Shown here: positions 1 through 8,339 of the stretch, piece after piece | Layout of the letters: every line of letters starts with the position of its first letter | Numbering within the stretch: the first letter of the stretch is position 1 | IMG/VR virus record: IMGVR_UViG_3300031712_000005 | Length of the DNA stretch: 20,000 bases | From: an uncultured virus (IMG/VR IMGVR_UViG_3300031712_000005) | Lineage: Duplodnaviria; Heunggongvirae; Uroviricota; Caudoviricetes | Strand: one strand, 5' to 3' | The notes under the pieces: generated by a model | What the model was told of the DNA's origin: nothing | The model's input: only the letters and a program-made list of their open reading frames with translations | The model's database searches: none | Translations under genes and position numbers: made by a program

Positions 1-492
1 GCCGAGTTCGAGTACCTCGAACAGCTAGGAACCTTTGCTGACCCTCACCGAGACCCACGAGGGAGGTATGTCACTGTCGCCTACTTTGCTCTCGTTAGAA
101 AGGATGAGCACGACACCATCGAGGGCTGTGACGATGCTGACCGAGCCGAGTGGATTCCTATCCGGAAGCTGACCCGGATGAAGCTCGCCTTCGACCACAA
201 CAAGATTCTGGACTACGCGATCAAGCGACTTCAAGCCAAGGTCCGGTGGGCTCCACTTGGGTTCGAGCTACTCCCGAGAGCCTTCACCATTGGGCAGCTT
301 CAGCAGCTCTACGAGGCAATCCTGCAAAGGCCCCTCGATAAGCGGAACTTCCGACGCAAGATCACCTCGATGGGGATTCTTACCGAAGCGGGTAAGGCCA
401 AGTCGAGAGTTGGACCGACCGCACGATTATACCGCTTTGACACCAAGGCATACGAGAAAGCCGTTGAAAAAGGCTTCAACTTTGAGTTATGA
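1..492 (+). CDS. nrtR: NrtR-family Nudix + winged-helix transcriptional regulator (5'-truncated by window edge)
   Basis: Frame 1 is open from base 1: AEFEYLEQLGTFADPHRDPRGRYVTVAYFAL...DDADRAEW...LAFDHNKIL...FELLPRAFTIGQLQQLYEAIL...LDKRNFRRKI...ARLYRF. These are the typical NrtR RDPR, LAFDH and NFRRK motifs; the gene lies directly upstream of NAMPT. Confidence 0.9.
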   Translation, partial: AEFEYLEQLGTFADPHRDPRGRYVTVAYFALVRKDEHDTIEGCDDADRAEWIPIRKLTRMKLAFDHNKILDYAIKRLQAKVRWAPLGFELLPRAFTIGQLQQLYEAILQRPLDKRNFRRKITSMGILTEAGKAKSRVGPTARLYRFDTKAYEKAVEKGFNFEL

Positions 493-501
493 GAGGACAC
501 C

Positions 502-1908
502 ATGCGAATCAATCCAATACTTTTAGTAGATAGCTACAAGAGCACGCACCCTCCGCAGTATCCTCCGGGGACTGCCTCGATGTTTGATCACTTGGAGTCG
601 CGTGGTGGTCAGTTCGGCACCACCATCTACTTTGGCCAGCAATTCATCAACAAGGAGTACTTGAGCATCCCGATCACCCACGCTCATGTTGATGAAGCCA
701 AGGACTTCTTCATTAGCCACTTCGGGACGGATGACCCAGACTACTTTCCCGAGATGGGTTTTCGTAAGATGGTGGATAATGGTGGGTTCTGGCCGGTACG
801 GATCAAGACGGTAGCGGAAGGGACTGAAGTTCATACCAGGAATATGCTTCTGTCCTTGGAGAGTACCGGTGGGCCCGAGACCTTTTGGGCTGCAAGCTGG
901 TTGGAGACTCAAATTGTCCGCAATTGGTACCCAACCACGGTAGCAACACTCAGCTACTACTGCAAGAAGATCATCCTCGAAGCCCTGATGGAGAGCGCCA
1001 ACGACCCTTGGTCGGAGATCTACTACAAGCTCCATGACTTCGGCGGCCGTGGCGCTACTTGTCACGAGGCGGCTGGTATCGGCGGCATGTCCCACCTCAT
1101 CAACTTCCGTGGCTCGGATACCGTGGAAGGGATCATGTTTGCTCGTGACTACTACGGAGAGAAGATGGCTGCTAATTCGATTGCAGCCGCTGAGCACTCC
1201 AGTATCACCTCGTGGACTCGTGAGCGTGAGCTACTTGCCTATCGGAACATGGTCAAGAAGTTCTGCAAGCCTGGTCGAGTCGTGGCCTGCGTCTCGGACA
1301 GTTACGATATCTACAACGCTATCGAGAACATGTGGTGTGGTGAATTACTTGAAGAGGTCAAGACCTCTGGTGGTTGTATCGTTATTCGCCCTGATTCAGG
1401 TGATCCACCCTCGGTAGTGTTGAAGTGCTTGCAAACTCTCGAACGCAAGCTTGGGATGAAAAAGAACCTGCGAGGGTACAAGATCCTCCCGGACTACTTC
1501 CGGCTCATCCAAGGTGATGGCATCAATATTGACTCATTGGCTGAGATACTGAGAGTCATTCTCTTGAATGGTTACTCGGCATCGAACCTCGCCTTCGGCA
1601 TGGGCGGCGGCCTTTTGCAGTTGGTGAATCGAGACACCCAGAAGTTTGCTCTCAAGTGTTCTGAGATCACCACTACGGCCGGAGAAGTCATCCCCGTATA
1701 CAAGGACCCGGTCACTGACCCTGGGAAGACCTCGAAGAAGGGTAAGTTGGACCTTATCTTTGAAGATGGTCAATTCAAGTCAGTACCCTTCGGAACTGCC
1801 AAGAATAACAGTCGAATGATAACTGTCTACGAGGACGGTAAGATTACCAACGACTTTTCGTTCTCAGAGCTACGAACAAATTCCGAAAAGAACCTGCCAA
1901 GAGTGTAA
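502..1908 (+). CDS. nadV: Nicotinamide phosphoribosyltransferase (NAMPT/NadV family)
   Basis: 468 aa; motifs DSYKxTH, WYPTTVAT, LHDFGGRG, AAEHS, SDSYD, IRPDSGDP, IQGDG, FGMGGGLLQ, RDTQKFALK, KDPVTDPGKTSKKG; GAGG RBS upstream. Confidence 0.93.
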   Translation: MRINPILLVDSYKSTHPPQYPPGTASMFDHLESRGGQFGTTIYFGQQFINKEYLSIPITHAHVDEAKDFFISHFGTDDPDYFPEMGFRKMVDNGGFWPVRIKTVAEGTEVHTRNMLLSLESTGGPETFWAASWLETQIVRNWYPTTVATLSYYCKKIILEALMESANDPWSEIYYKLHDFGGRGATCHEAAGIGGMSHLINFRGSDTVEGIMFARDYYGEKMAANSIAAAEHSSITSWTRERELLAYRNMVKKFCKPGRVVACVSDSYDIYNAIENMWCGELLEEVKTSGGCIVIRPDSGDPPSVVLKCLQTLERKLGMKKNLRGYKILPDYFRLIQGDGINIDSLAEILRVILLNGYSASNLAFGMGGGLLQLVNRDTQKFALKCSEITTTAGEVIPVYKDPVTDPGKTSKKGKLDLIFEDGQFKSVPFGTAKNNSRMITVYEDGKITNDFSFSELRTNSEKNLPRV

Positions 1909-1911
1909 GTA

Positions 1912-2100
1912 ATGGGTTCGATGGGTTACTCTCGTGAGTATTATGAACGAGCCGCGGATCGTCTAAACCGGCGCTCTCGGCAGGAAAACCCTACATCACC
2001 AAGTAGGGGGTCAAGTACTCCGACGTCAATCCAGCCTGAAAGTCAACCAAAAAAGAAGAAATGGTGGCCCGATAGGTATCACAGGCCTTGGGTCATCTAA
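1912..2100 (+). CDS. Small hypothetical protein; N-terminus resembles the N-terminal peptide of the downstream VWA protein
   Basis: 62 aa ORF that fills the gap between nadV and the VWA gene in the same orientation; MGSMGYSREYY vs MGGGSWSEEYY. Confidence 0.6.
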   Translation: MGSMGYSREYYERAADRLNRRSRQENPTSPSRGSSTPTSIQPESQPKKKKWWPDRYHRPWVI

Positions 2101-2118
2101 AGAAAGAAGAGGCCCGCC

Positions 2119-3084
2119 ATGGGTGGTGGAAGTTGGAGTGAAGAATACTACAACGATAAGGCGAAGGAGCGCGCTACAAGCGGTAAGTCTGCTTTTGCCC
2201 ATCACGAAGCAGTCATTGCCAAGCCGAAGAGTGAGCAGAAGGTTCACCCCCGGCTTGATCCAAAAGGAGTCAAGGTTCGGGAGTCAAGAGATTCGCTAGA
2301 GCATCCTGAATCGATCCCCATTTCCATCATGCTCGATGTCACTGGGTCGATGCAAAAAGTACCCATTGGAGTTCAAAAAAGCCTTCCGAATATGAATAAA
2401 ATAGCCCTCAAGGTAGGGATACGCGATGCTCACTTTTTGTTTGGAGCTATCGGGGACGAATTCTCCGACAAGGGATCGTTGCAAGTCGGTCAGTTCGAAG
2501 CCAGTAATCAGATGGATGAGGATCTGGAGCACTTCTGGTTGGAGGGCAATGGTGGACCTTACGGGGAAGAATCGTACCAGAACGTCTTCTATTTTTTCGC
2601 ACGTCATACAGAGATTGACTCTCTCATCAAGCGCAACAAGAAGGGTTACCTTTTTATCCTAGGAGATGAACTACCGTTCCCTGTCGTGAAGAGCTCGTCA
2701 ATCGATAGTATTCTTGGGTACAACCTGCAAGGGGTTGATATCAAGACTGAGGATATCGTTCGTGAGTGTCAGCAGAAGTACAACGTATTCTTTGTCATTC
2801 CAAGGGATACTAGCGGTGGAGATAAGTCAAGTGTAGCGCACTACTGGGAAAGGTTGCTTGGTGCCCAGAATGTCATCCACATGGCAAATGCTACTGACAT
2901 CTGCGAATTGGTAGCTACTACGGTGGGTATCTGTGAAGGATTGACCAACATTCAAGATGCCAAGATACTACTCAGAGATGCTGGGGTTAGTTCCTCAAAA
3001 TCTTCGAGTATAGAGGCATCTCTCTACAACCTGATCAAGAGTCGTGGGTTGCCAGTTGGCAGCTCACCGGTTCGAAGACTGTAA
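2119..3084 (+). CDS. VWA (von Willebrand A) domain protein
   Basis: 321 aa; MIDAS-like DVTGSM, AIGD, LQVGQFE, LEGNGG..ESY, KKGYLFILGDE; N-terminal MGGGSWS; GAGG RBS. Confidence 0.85.
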   Translation: MGGGSWSEEYYNDKAKERATSGKSAFAHHEAVIAKPKSEQKVHPRLDPKGVKVRESRDSLEHPESIPISIMLDVTGSMQKVPIGVQKSLPNMNKIALKVGIRDAHFLFGAIGDEFSDKGSLQVGQFEASNQMDEDLEHFWLEGNGGPYGEESYQNVFYFFARHTEIDSLIKRNKKGYLFILGDELPFPVVKSSSIDSILGYNLQGVDIKTEDIVRECQQKYNVFFVIPRDTSGGDKSSVAHYWERLLGAQNVIHMANATDICELVATTVGICEGLTNIQDAKILLRDAGVSSSKSSSIEASLYNLIKSRGLPVGSSPVRRL

Positions 3085-3094
3085 CTATCAAAGG

Positions 3095-3122
3095 AGGTGG
3101 TGGCTGATCTCAGCCACCACCT
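3095..3122 (+). promoter_or_regulatory. Perfect 13-bp inverted repeat (RNA hairpin) between the Shine-Dalgarno and the start codon of the purA-like gene
   Basis: AGGTGGTGGCTGA-TC-TCAGCCACCACCT; preceded by AAAGG (3090-3094) and followed by AGAAACT-ATG (3130). Confidence 0.7.
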
Positions 3123-3129
3123 AGAAACT

Positions 3130-4470
3130 ATGATGAGAGCTGTATTGGTAGCTGGCCTTGGGTTCGGGGATGAGGGTAAGGGCTCGATTGTCGACTACCT
3201 GTGTCGTAAGCACAAGTCCAAGGTGGTCGTCAGGTACAATGGGGGCGCGCAAGCTGGGCATAACGTTGTCCTAGCCGACGGAAGACACCATTGCTTTTCT
3301 CAGTGGGGTTCTGGGACTTTTGCTGGTGCCAAGACTTACCTCAGCAAGTATGTGTTGGTGAACCCTACCTTCATGTTACCCGAGGGGGATCACCTGATCA
3401 GCCTTGGGGTGACTGACGCCTTCGAGCGGATGTTCGTCGACCAAAACTCTCTCCTGACCACTCCTTTTCACGTGTCTCTCAACCGCCTTCGAGAGACTCA
3501 GCGTCGAGTGAAGTCCACGTTGGAGTTTGGTACTTGCGGAATGGGTATAGGTGAGACAGTCGATTGGGCCATCCGTGATCCAGAGTTGGCTATTCGAATG
3601 CGCGACCTCAACAACTTAGATGAGTTGGCCAGTAAACTCAGAGGTATACGGATCAGAGCTTGCTTGGAAGCTAGAACTCTAGTTAGTGATTGGCCCAAGG
3701 GTAGTGAGGTTGGGGTTGATCTCGATATCCTAGAAGACGGTGAGGTTGTAGATCGCTTCATCCAAGATACAACCGAGCTCTTGAAACGAGGGGTGTCTAT
3801 TGTTAGGCCTATTGATACTGGGGATGTCTTCAACGATGATGACACTATAATCTTTGAAGGGGCTCAGGGAGCATTGCTTGATGAAGAGTGGGGTTTTCAT
3901 CCGCACACGACTTGGAGCAATTGCACCTTTGAGAATGCCATCAAGATTCTCAAGCAGATATCAGGTACCTCAGGTGCTAAATACCTCAGACTTGGAGTGA
4001 CTCGTCCGTATCATACTCGTCATGGAGCGGGACCACTACCTTCTGAGGGTCTCGAGTTGGACATCAAGGACCACAATGTCGATGGGGAGTGGCAGGGATC
4101 CTTCCGATTAGGTTACTTCGACTTCATAATGGCGAGGTACGCCAAGTTTGTTATGGATGGTGTGGATGCAATAGCAATCAATCATCTTGACCAAGTGAGC
4201 GGACCCCAACAGGTTTGTTTAGCCCATAACTTCCTAGGCAGTACTACGTACCGTATAAGGTTTGGGATTAGTCACGACTTCCATCTCGAGCTCAAGGCCA
4301 TGTCAGAGAAGTATGGGGAGGAGGCAGAGCCTGTTCAATCGGCGGTATCCCCAGTCTACACAACCCTTAGTGGCACACGACGTCTAGAAGCCTGTATATC
4401 GAAGGTATTCAAATCTCGGGTACTCATCAGGGGTTTTGGTCCAACAGCAGAGGATAAGCGTGAAGTATGA
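3130..4470 (+). CDS. purA: Divergent adenylosuccinate synthetase (PurA)-like protein
   Basis: GLGFGDEGKGSIVDYL, VVRYNGGAQAGHNV, GTCGMGIG, FEGAQGALLD, TRPYHTRHGAGP, FRLGYFD, INHLD. ATG at 3130 or 3133 is preferred over the GTG at 3097, which lies inside the hairpin. Confidence 0.85.
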   Translation: MMRAVLVAGLGFGDEGKGSIVDYLCRKHKSKVVVRYNGGAQAGHNVVLADGRHHCFSQWGSGTFAGAKTYLSKYVLVNPTFMLPEGDHLISLGVTDAFERMFVDQNSLLTTPFHVSLNRLRETQRRVKSTLEFGTCGMGIGETVDWAIRDPELAIRMRDLNNLDELASKLRGIRIRACLEARTLVSDWPKGSEVGVDLDILEDGEVVDRFIQDTTELLKRGVSIVRPIDTGDVFNDDDTIIFEGAQGALLDEEWGFHPHTTWSNCTFENAIKILKQISGTSGAKYLRLGVTRPYHTRHGAGPLPSEGLELDIKDHNVDGEWQGSFRLGYFDFIMARYAKFVMDGVDAIAINHLDQVSGPQQVCLAHNFLGSTTYRIRFGISHDFHLELKAMSEKYGEEAEPVQSAVSPVYTTLSGTRRLEACISKVFKSRVLIRGFGPTAEDKREV

Positions 4471-5372
4471 CCCAGATTAACTTGAGAGACGGCCGAGAGT
4501 TGATCATCCGAGCCAAGGTCATAGAAGGAGATATCAGCGAGATCTTTGAGGGGACGTTGTCCAATCCACCCGCGGTAGTTGAACACAAGGAGATTCGAAC
4601 CCGCTACGAGCGCATCATGGATCGAGAGTCTGGGCACAACTCCAAGCCTGTTTTGGTGAAGATCGCTAAGGACCGAGAATTCAATGATCTGATTGAGAGG
4701 GACGTGTCAGTACTTGGTCAGCTGCACCCTGAAAACCCCAGTGAGCCAAGCAGCTTCCACAAGTACTACCCCACGAGTTATGGTGGGATCGGAGTCCTTG
4801 TTGATGGTAAGCAAGCCCACATCTTCGAGGAGATCAAGGGTTGTGTAACTCTTGATACTGTTCTCAAGGCCTACCCGAAGGGGATTGACTATCGGGACAT
4901 GGCTTGGATGTTCAAGCGGTCCCTTGTGGGCATGTGGTATGCCCACAAGCACAAGGTTATCCACGGAGCGATCTTGCCTCCACACATCCTACTCACCCTG
5001 GAAGATCACGGGGGGCGGATAGTCGATTGGTCCTACTCGACTCCAACAAGGATCAAAGTTCCGGCAATGGTCACCACCTACGAGGACTTCTACCCACCCG
5101 AAGTCCTTCACTCGGAGCCCGCGCGGGAGGGTACCGATCTCTATATGATGGCCAAGTGCGTTCAAGCACTACTTGGTGGAGACCTAAAAACCAAGGAGTA
5201 TCCGGATTCGGTCCCAGAGCCTATAAGGGACCTACTCGGACTCTGCCTAAATGAAAATGTCAATATGAGGCCTATTGACGCGAGTGAGGTTCATGATACC
5301 TTCGATAGGTTGCTGAAGGAAGTAGTAGGGAAACCTAAATTCCGCCCTTTTACACTGCCAGAGTTTATATGA
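4467..5372 (+). CDS. Ser/Thr protein kinase-fold protein, probable pseudokinase
   Basis: VLVK (VAIK-like lysine), IHGAILPPHIL in place of HRDxKPxN, IVDWS in place of DFG, YPPE, TDLYM, RP; ATGA overlap with the purA-like gene. Confidence 0.8.
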   Translation: MTQINLRDGRELIIRAKVIEGDISEIFEGTLSNPPAVVEHKEIRTRYERIMDRESGHNSKPVLVKIAKDREFNDLIERDVSVLGQLHPENPSEPSSFHKYYPTSYGGIGVLVDGKQAHIFEEIKGCVTLDTVLKAYPKGIDYRDMAWMFKRSLVGMWYAHKHKVIHGAILPPHILLTLEDHGGRIVDWSYSTPTRIKVPAMVTTYEDFYPPEVLHSEPAREGTDLYMMAKCVQALLGGDLKTKEYPDSVPEPIRDLLGLCLNENVNMRPIDASEVHDTFDRLLKEVVGKPKFRPFTLPEFI

Positions 5373-6508
5373 TAATCCCAAGTGGTCATGCATTACGTGA
5401 AGCCCTGAAGGTACTACTAACGAAGGATGTACGATTGGGGATCTTGGGCGCCAGCGCTGGTTCAGGAATGGTGGCAGGTCTTGCCACCATTCCTGGCCTA
5501 ACTAATGTGCTTCATGAGGCACACTTCCCGCACGCCAAGGAAGCTACCAGTGACTATCTCGGGTTCGTCCCCGAGAACTTCGTCTGCATGGATACCGCGT
5601 TGGAGCAAGCCATGAGGGCCTATTACCGAGCCTACCAGCCCGATGGGAAGCGGACGATTGGGATTGGGGCTACGGCCGCGATAGCCACGAACGAGATCCA
5701 CAGAGGCGAGCACAGGGTCTGGGTGGGGGTTTTCTCGGATGACCTAGTCTGTGTCTACTATGCCAGGTTCAAGAAGGGGGTGGGAGAAGAGGTTCGATTC
5801 AAAGATCTTCTAGCCTGTGATATGCTGATTGGGAAGGCCATACTACAAGCAGTTGGGGCCACAGACATCATTACTCTTCCTGATAACGTTGAGTTTGAGG
5901 ATTGTATCACTGATTGCAACACTCAAGCGAAGATTCTACTGAGCAAGAGACCATTCTTCCGGAGTGACGGTGCGCGACTCGGCTGGGATAGCATGATGCA
6001 CGACTTCGAGGCATCGGGTGTTGGCGTCTACCCCGGGTCGTTCACCGTCCCTCATTTTGGACACTTTGGGGTTGCCGATGCTTTCACCAAGCAGTACCAC
6101 CAGCCGGTGGTTTTCGCTATCGAGGTGAGCCCACCTCACAAGGATCTGTTGACCCCTTGGGATATGCTGAAGCGAGCCAAGCTGCTCAAAGGGCGACACG
6201 TGATCTTCACTTGGGGCGCCCCGTATTACTTGGACAAGGCTAGGCTATTCCCGAATACTAAGATCATTCTTGGAGCCGACGCCTTCGTTGAACTCTTGGA
6301 TGCCAAGTGGGGGTTCAGTGTTGACGCCCTTCAACGAGTGTTCAAGGAGACCGGGACCAAGCTCATCGTTCCGGATCGGTTGGTGAAGGGTGTATTCACC
6401 ACGCTTTGGGACTTGAGGCCTCCGAGTAACTTCCCCTGCGAGAGGCTTCCGGTCAGGTTTGACATCAGCTCGACTGAGCTGATTAGATCCGGCAATATCT
6501 GGTCCTAG
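5369..6508 (+). CDS. CinA/PncC-like N-terminal domain fused to HxGH nucleotidyltransferase (NMN/NaMN adenylyltransferase-like)
   Basis: N-half: IPGLTNVLHEAHFPH...YLG...MAMR-like QAMRAY...IGIGATAAIAT...RGEH (CinA-like pattern). C-half: YPGSFTVPHFGH, ILGADAF, DISSTELIR (NadD/NadM-like). ATGA overlap with the kinase gene. Confidence 0.75.
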   Translation: MIIPSGHALREALKVLLTKDVRLGILGASAGSGMVAGLATIPGLTNVLHEAHFPHAKEATSDYLGFVPENFVCMDTALEQAMRAYYRAYQPDGKRTIGIGATAAIATNEIHRGEHRVWVGVFSDDLVCVYYARFKKGVGEEVRFKDLLACDMLIGKAILQAVGATDIITLPDNVEFEDCITDCNTQAKILLSKRPFFRSDGARLGWDSMMHDFEASGVGVYPGSFTVPHFGHFGVADAFTKQYHQPVVFAIEVSPPHKDLLTPWDMLKRAKLLKGRHVIFTWGAPYYLDKARLFPNTKIILGADAFVELLDAKWGFSVDALQRVFKETGTKLIVPDRLVKGVFTTLWDLRPPSNFPCERLPVRFDISSTELIRSGNIWS

Positions 6509-6522
6509 CTCGATATTGCCGG
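6489..6522 (+). terminator. 11-bp inverted repeat around the operon's last stop codon; possible terminator or processing hairpin
   Basis: CCGGCAATATC (6489-6499) ... GATATTGCCGG (6512-6522), 12-nt loop containing the TAG stop; no clear U-tract follows. Confidence 0.4.
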
Positions 6523-6536
6523 TGTAACTAGAAAGG

Positions 6537-8339
6537 ATGGAAAAATTCGAACCCAAAATTCTACTCGGGGATAATAAAAATAGCCTTGCTGAACTTGAGC
6601 CAAATTCGGTCGACTTGATCTACTTGGATCCGCCTTATGGTAGCGGTAGAAAGTACAATCAGACTGTGCATAGTGGTAATGGTAGTCACGCGCAGATCTT
6701 GGCCTACCCTGATACCTGGAAACTTGATGTCGGGACTGACAATGATTTGGAGGCCCTTCTTGATAGTAGGCTAATCTCAGATTACCCACTGCTTAAGAAG
6801 TATCTTATTGGTAACCAAGAGGTAGTAAGTCAATACAACCCTAAGTTTTGGTCCTACCAAGTCTACATGGCTGTTAGGTTGGCGTTGGCGCACAGAGTTC
6901 TCAAAGAAAACGGGATGTTGTGTTACGAGTGCGACCCTAATGCATCCCCATTTGTACAATCTCTTCTAGGTCCGATTTTTCACACACCGTTGTATAAGGG
7001 ATCCTGGGTATCAACGGTCACTTGGAAACGCACTTTTGCGCATAACGACTCAAAAACCCTAGGTTCTGTTGTAGATGTATTGTTGTTCTATGCTAAAGGC
7101 CCTAACTACAAGTGGAATCGAGTACTCCAACCGCAGGCTGGCCTAGAAAAGGTCTATAAACATAGAGATCCTGACGGTAGATGGTGGCAATCAGTTACTC
7201 TAACCGGGTATGGAACCTCCGGTGGTAATAGTGGCAAACCTTGGAGAGGGATAGATCCATCATTAAGTGGGAAAGGCCGTCACTGGAACGTACCTGACCG
7301 AGCTAAGTGGTACTTCAAAGAGAAGTACCATAAGGATCTGACGGGTACCACCCAAGAGATGCTGGATATATTGGACGCTGAGGGTTTGATCTTCTGGTCA
7401 CCTAAGGGTGGAGTTCCTAGATACAAACACTTCTTGACCATTAACTCCGGAGTTCCGATCAGTAACTATTGGACTGATCTTACGACACTTGAGGCTTCCA
7501 GGGACGATCTTGAGTACTACCGAGGGGATATTCTACCCCTTAATACCCCAGCAGATGAAGCCTGGGAGGATATCAACCTAGGTAAGAGTGAGTCAATAAC
7601 TTTTGATGGCCAGAAGCCGCTGAAGTTAGTCCAGCGTGTAATTTTAGGCTGTACTGACCCTGGTGACTTGGTAGTGGACCCATTTGTCGGTAGCGGTACC
7701 ACTTGCATAGCGGCTTACCAGTTAGGCAGAAAGTCAATCGGGATGGAGTTGTCCCCAGAGACCTTCCGTGAAGCGCGCTTACGCTTGGAAAGGGAAAAAG
7801 TGATCATCACCCAAAGGGTGACCCATGTTACTGATGCTTCTTGCCTCTATGAGCTGGATGGTTACGGATGGTCAGAGTTCGTAGTTAAAAACGTGTTCAA
7901 TGCTGAGTACACTGATGGTCCTAACGACCACGGTCAGGATGGGTACTTCACTACAATAGCCCCAAACAACAAGCACCTAACGGTAGCTATTCAGGCAAAA
8001 AGCGGTAAAAGTGCTAAGGAGGTCAAGACCGGAATCTATGACCTCGATGAGGCTTTGAAGTACTGGCATAGAGACCAAGGTATTCTAGTAGCCTATCGGA
8101 AGTTTATTCAACCTGATCACTACAGAATGGCGAGAGATCGTGGGGACGTTCCTGGGCATCCGGGATATCCTAAAATTCAGATCATAGCTATAGAGCGCCA
8201 TTGGGAAGATAATGCACCCTTGTTGGGGGCGAAGGTTTACCCACCTTCGGACCACCCGATTGAGTTCTATACTAGGTTAGAAGAACAGAATATGGAGTTC
8301 GAGAGACAAAACGCAATGTTTGCTCTAGAATCAGAGTAA
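6537..8339 (+). CDS. N6-adenine/N4-cytosine DNA methyltransferase (beta class) fused to a C-terminal Mrr-like PD-(D/E)xK nuclease domain
   Basis: DLIYLDPPY near the N-terminus, QKPLKLVQRVI and DPFVGSGTT SAM-binding motif later (beta order); C-terminal DHGQDG...VAIQAKS resembles the Mrr D..D...QxK motif. Confidence 0.88.
   Translation: MEKFEPKILLGDNKNSLAELEPNSVDLIYLDPPYGSGRKYNQTVHSGNGSHAQILAYPDTWKLDVGTDNDLEALLDSRLISDYPLLKKYLIGNQEVVSQYNPKFWSYQVYMAVRLALAHRVLKENGMLCYECDPNASPFVQSLLGPIFHTPLYKGSWVSTVTWKRTFAHNDSKTLGSVVDVLLFYAKGPNYKWNRVLQPQAGLEKVYKHRDPDGRWWQSVTLTGYGTSGGNSGKPWRGIDPSLSGKGRHWNVPDRAKWYFKEKYHKDLTGTTQEMLDILDAEGLIFWSPKGGVPRYKHFLTINSGVPISNYWTDLTTLEASRDDLEYYRGDILPLNTPADEAWEDINLGKSESITFDGQKPLKLVQRVILGCTDPGDLVVDPFVGSGTTCIAAYQLGRKSIGMELSPETFREARLRLEREKVIITQRVTHVTDASCLYELDGYGWSEFVVKNVFNAEYTDGPNDHGQDGYFTTIAPNNKHLTVAIQAKSGKSAKEVKTGIYDLDEALKYWHRDQGILVAYRKFIQPDHYRMARDRGDVPGHPGYPKIQIIAIERHWEDNAPLLGAKVYPPSDHPIEFYTRLEEQNMEFERQNAMFALESE

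Noticed and set aside
523..1197. 224 aa antisense ORF, and other long shadow ORFs (e.g. 15762-16262, 12017-12397, 10392-10712)
   Set aside because: They lie opposite or out of frame to better-supported genes and have no recognisable motifs.
502..1908. NARP1-type Namat (ADPR-PP-using) pathway
   Set aside because: No PRPP-synthetase-like Adps gene in the window, and an NMNAT-like partner is present. It cannot be fully excluded without seeing upstream sequence and active-site comparison.
3130..4470. PurZ (2-aminoadenine, Z-genome) synthesis gene
   Set aside because: The catalytic motif is GDEGKG with Asp, not the Ser-containing GSTGKG of PurZ; no datZ/mazZ or polymerase neighbours; context is NAD salvage.
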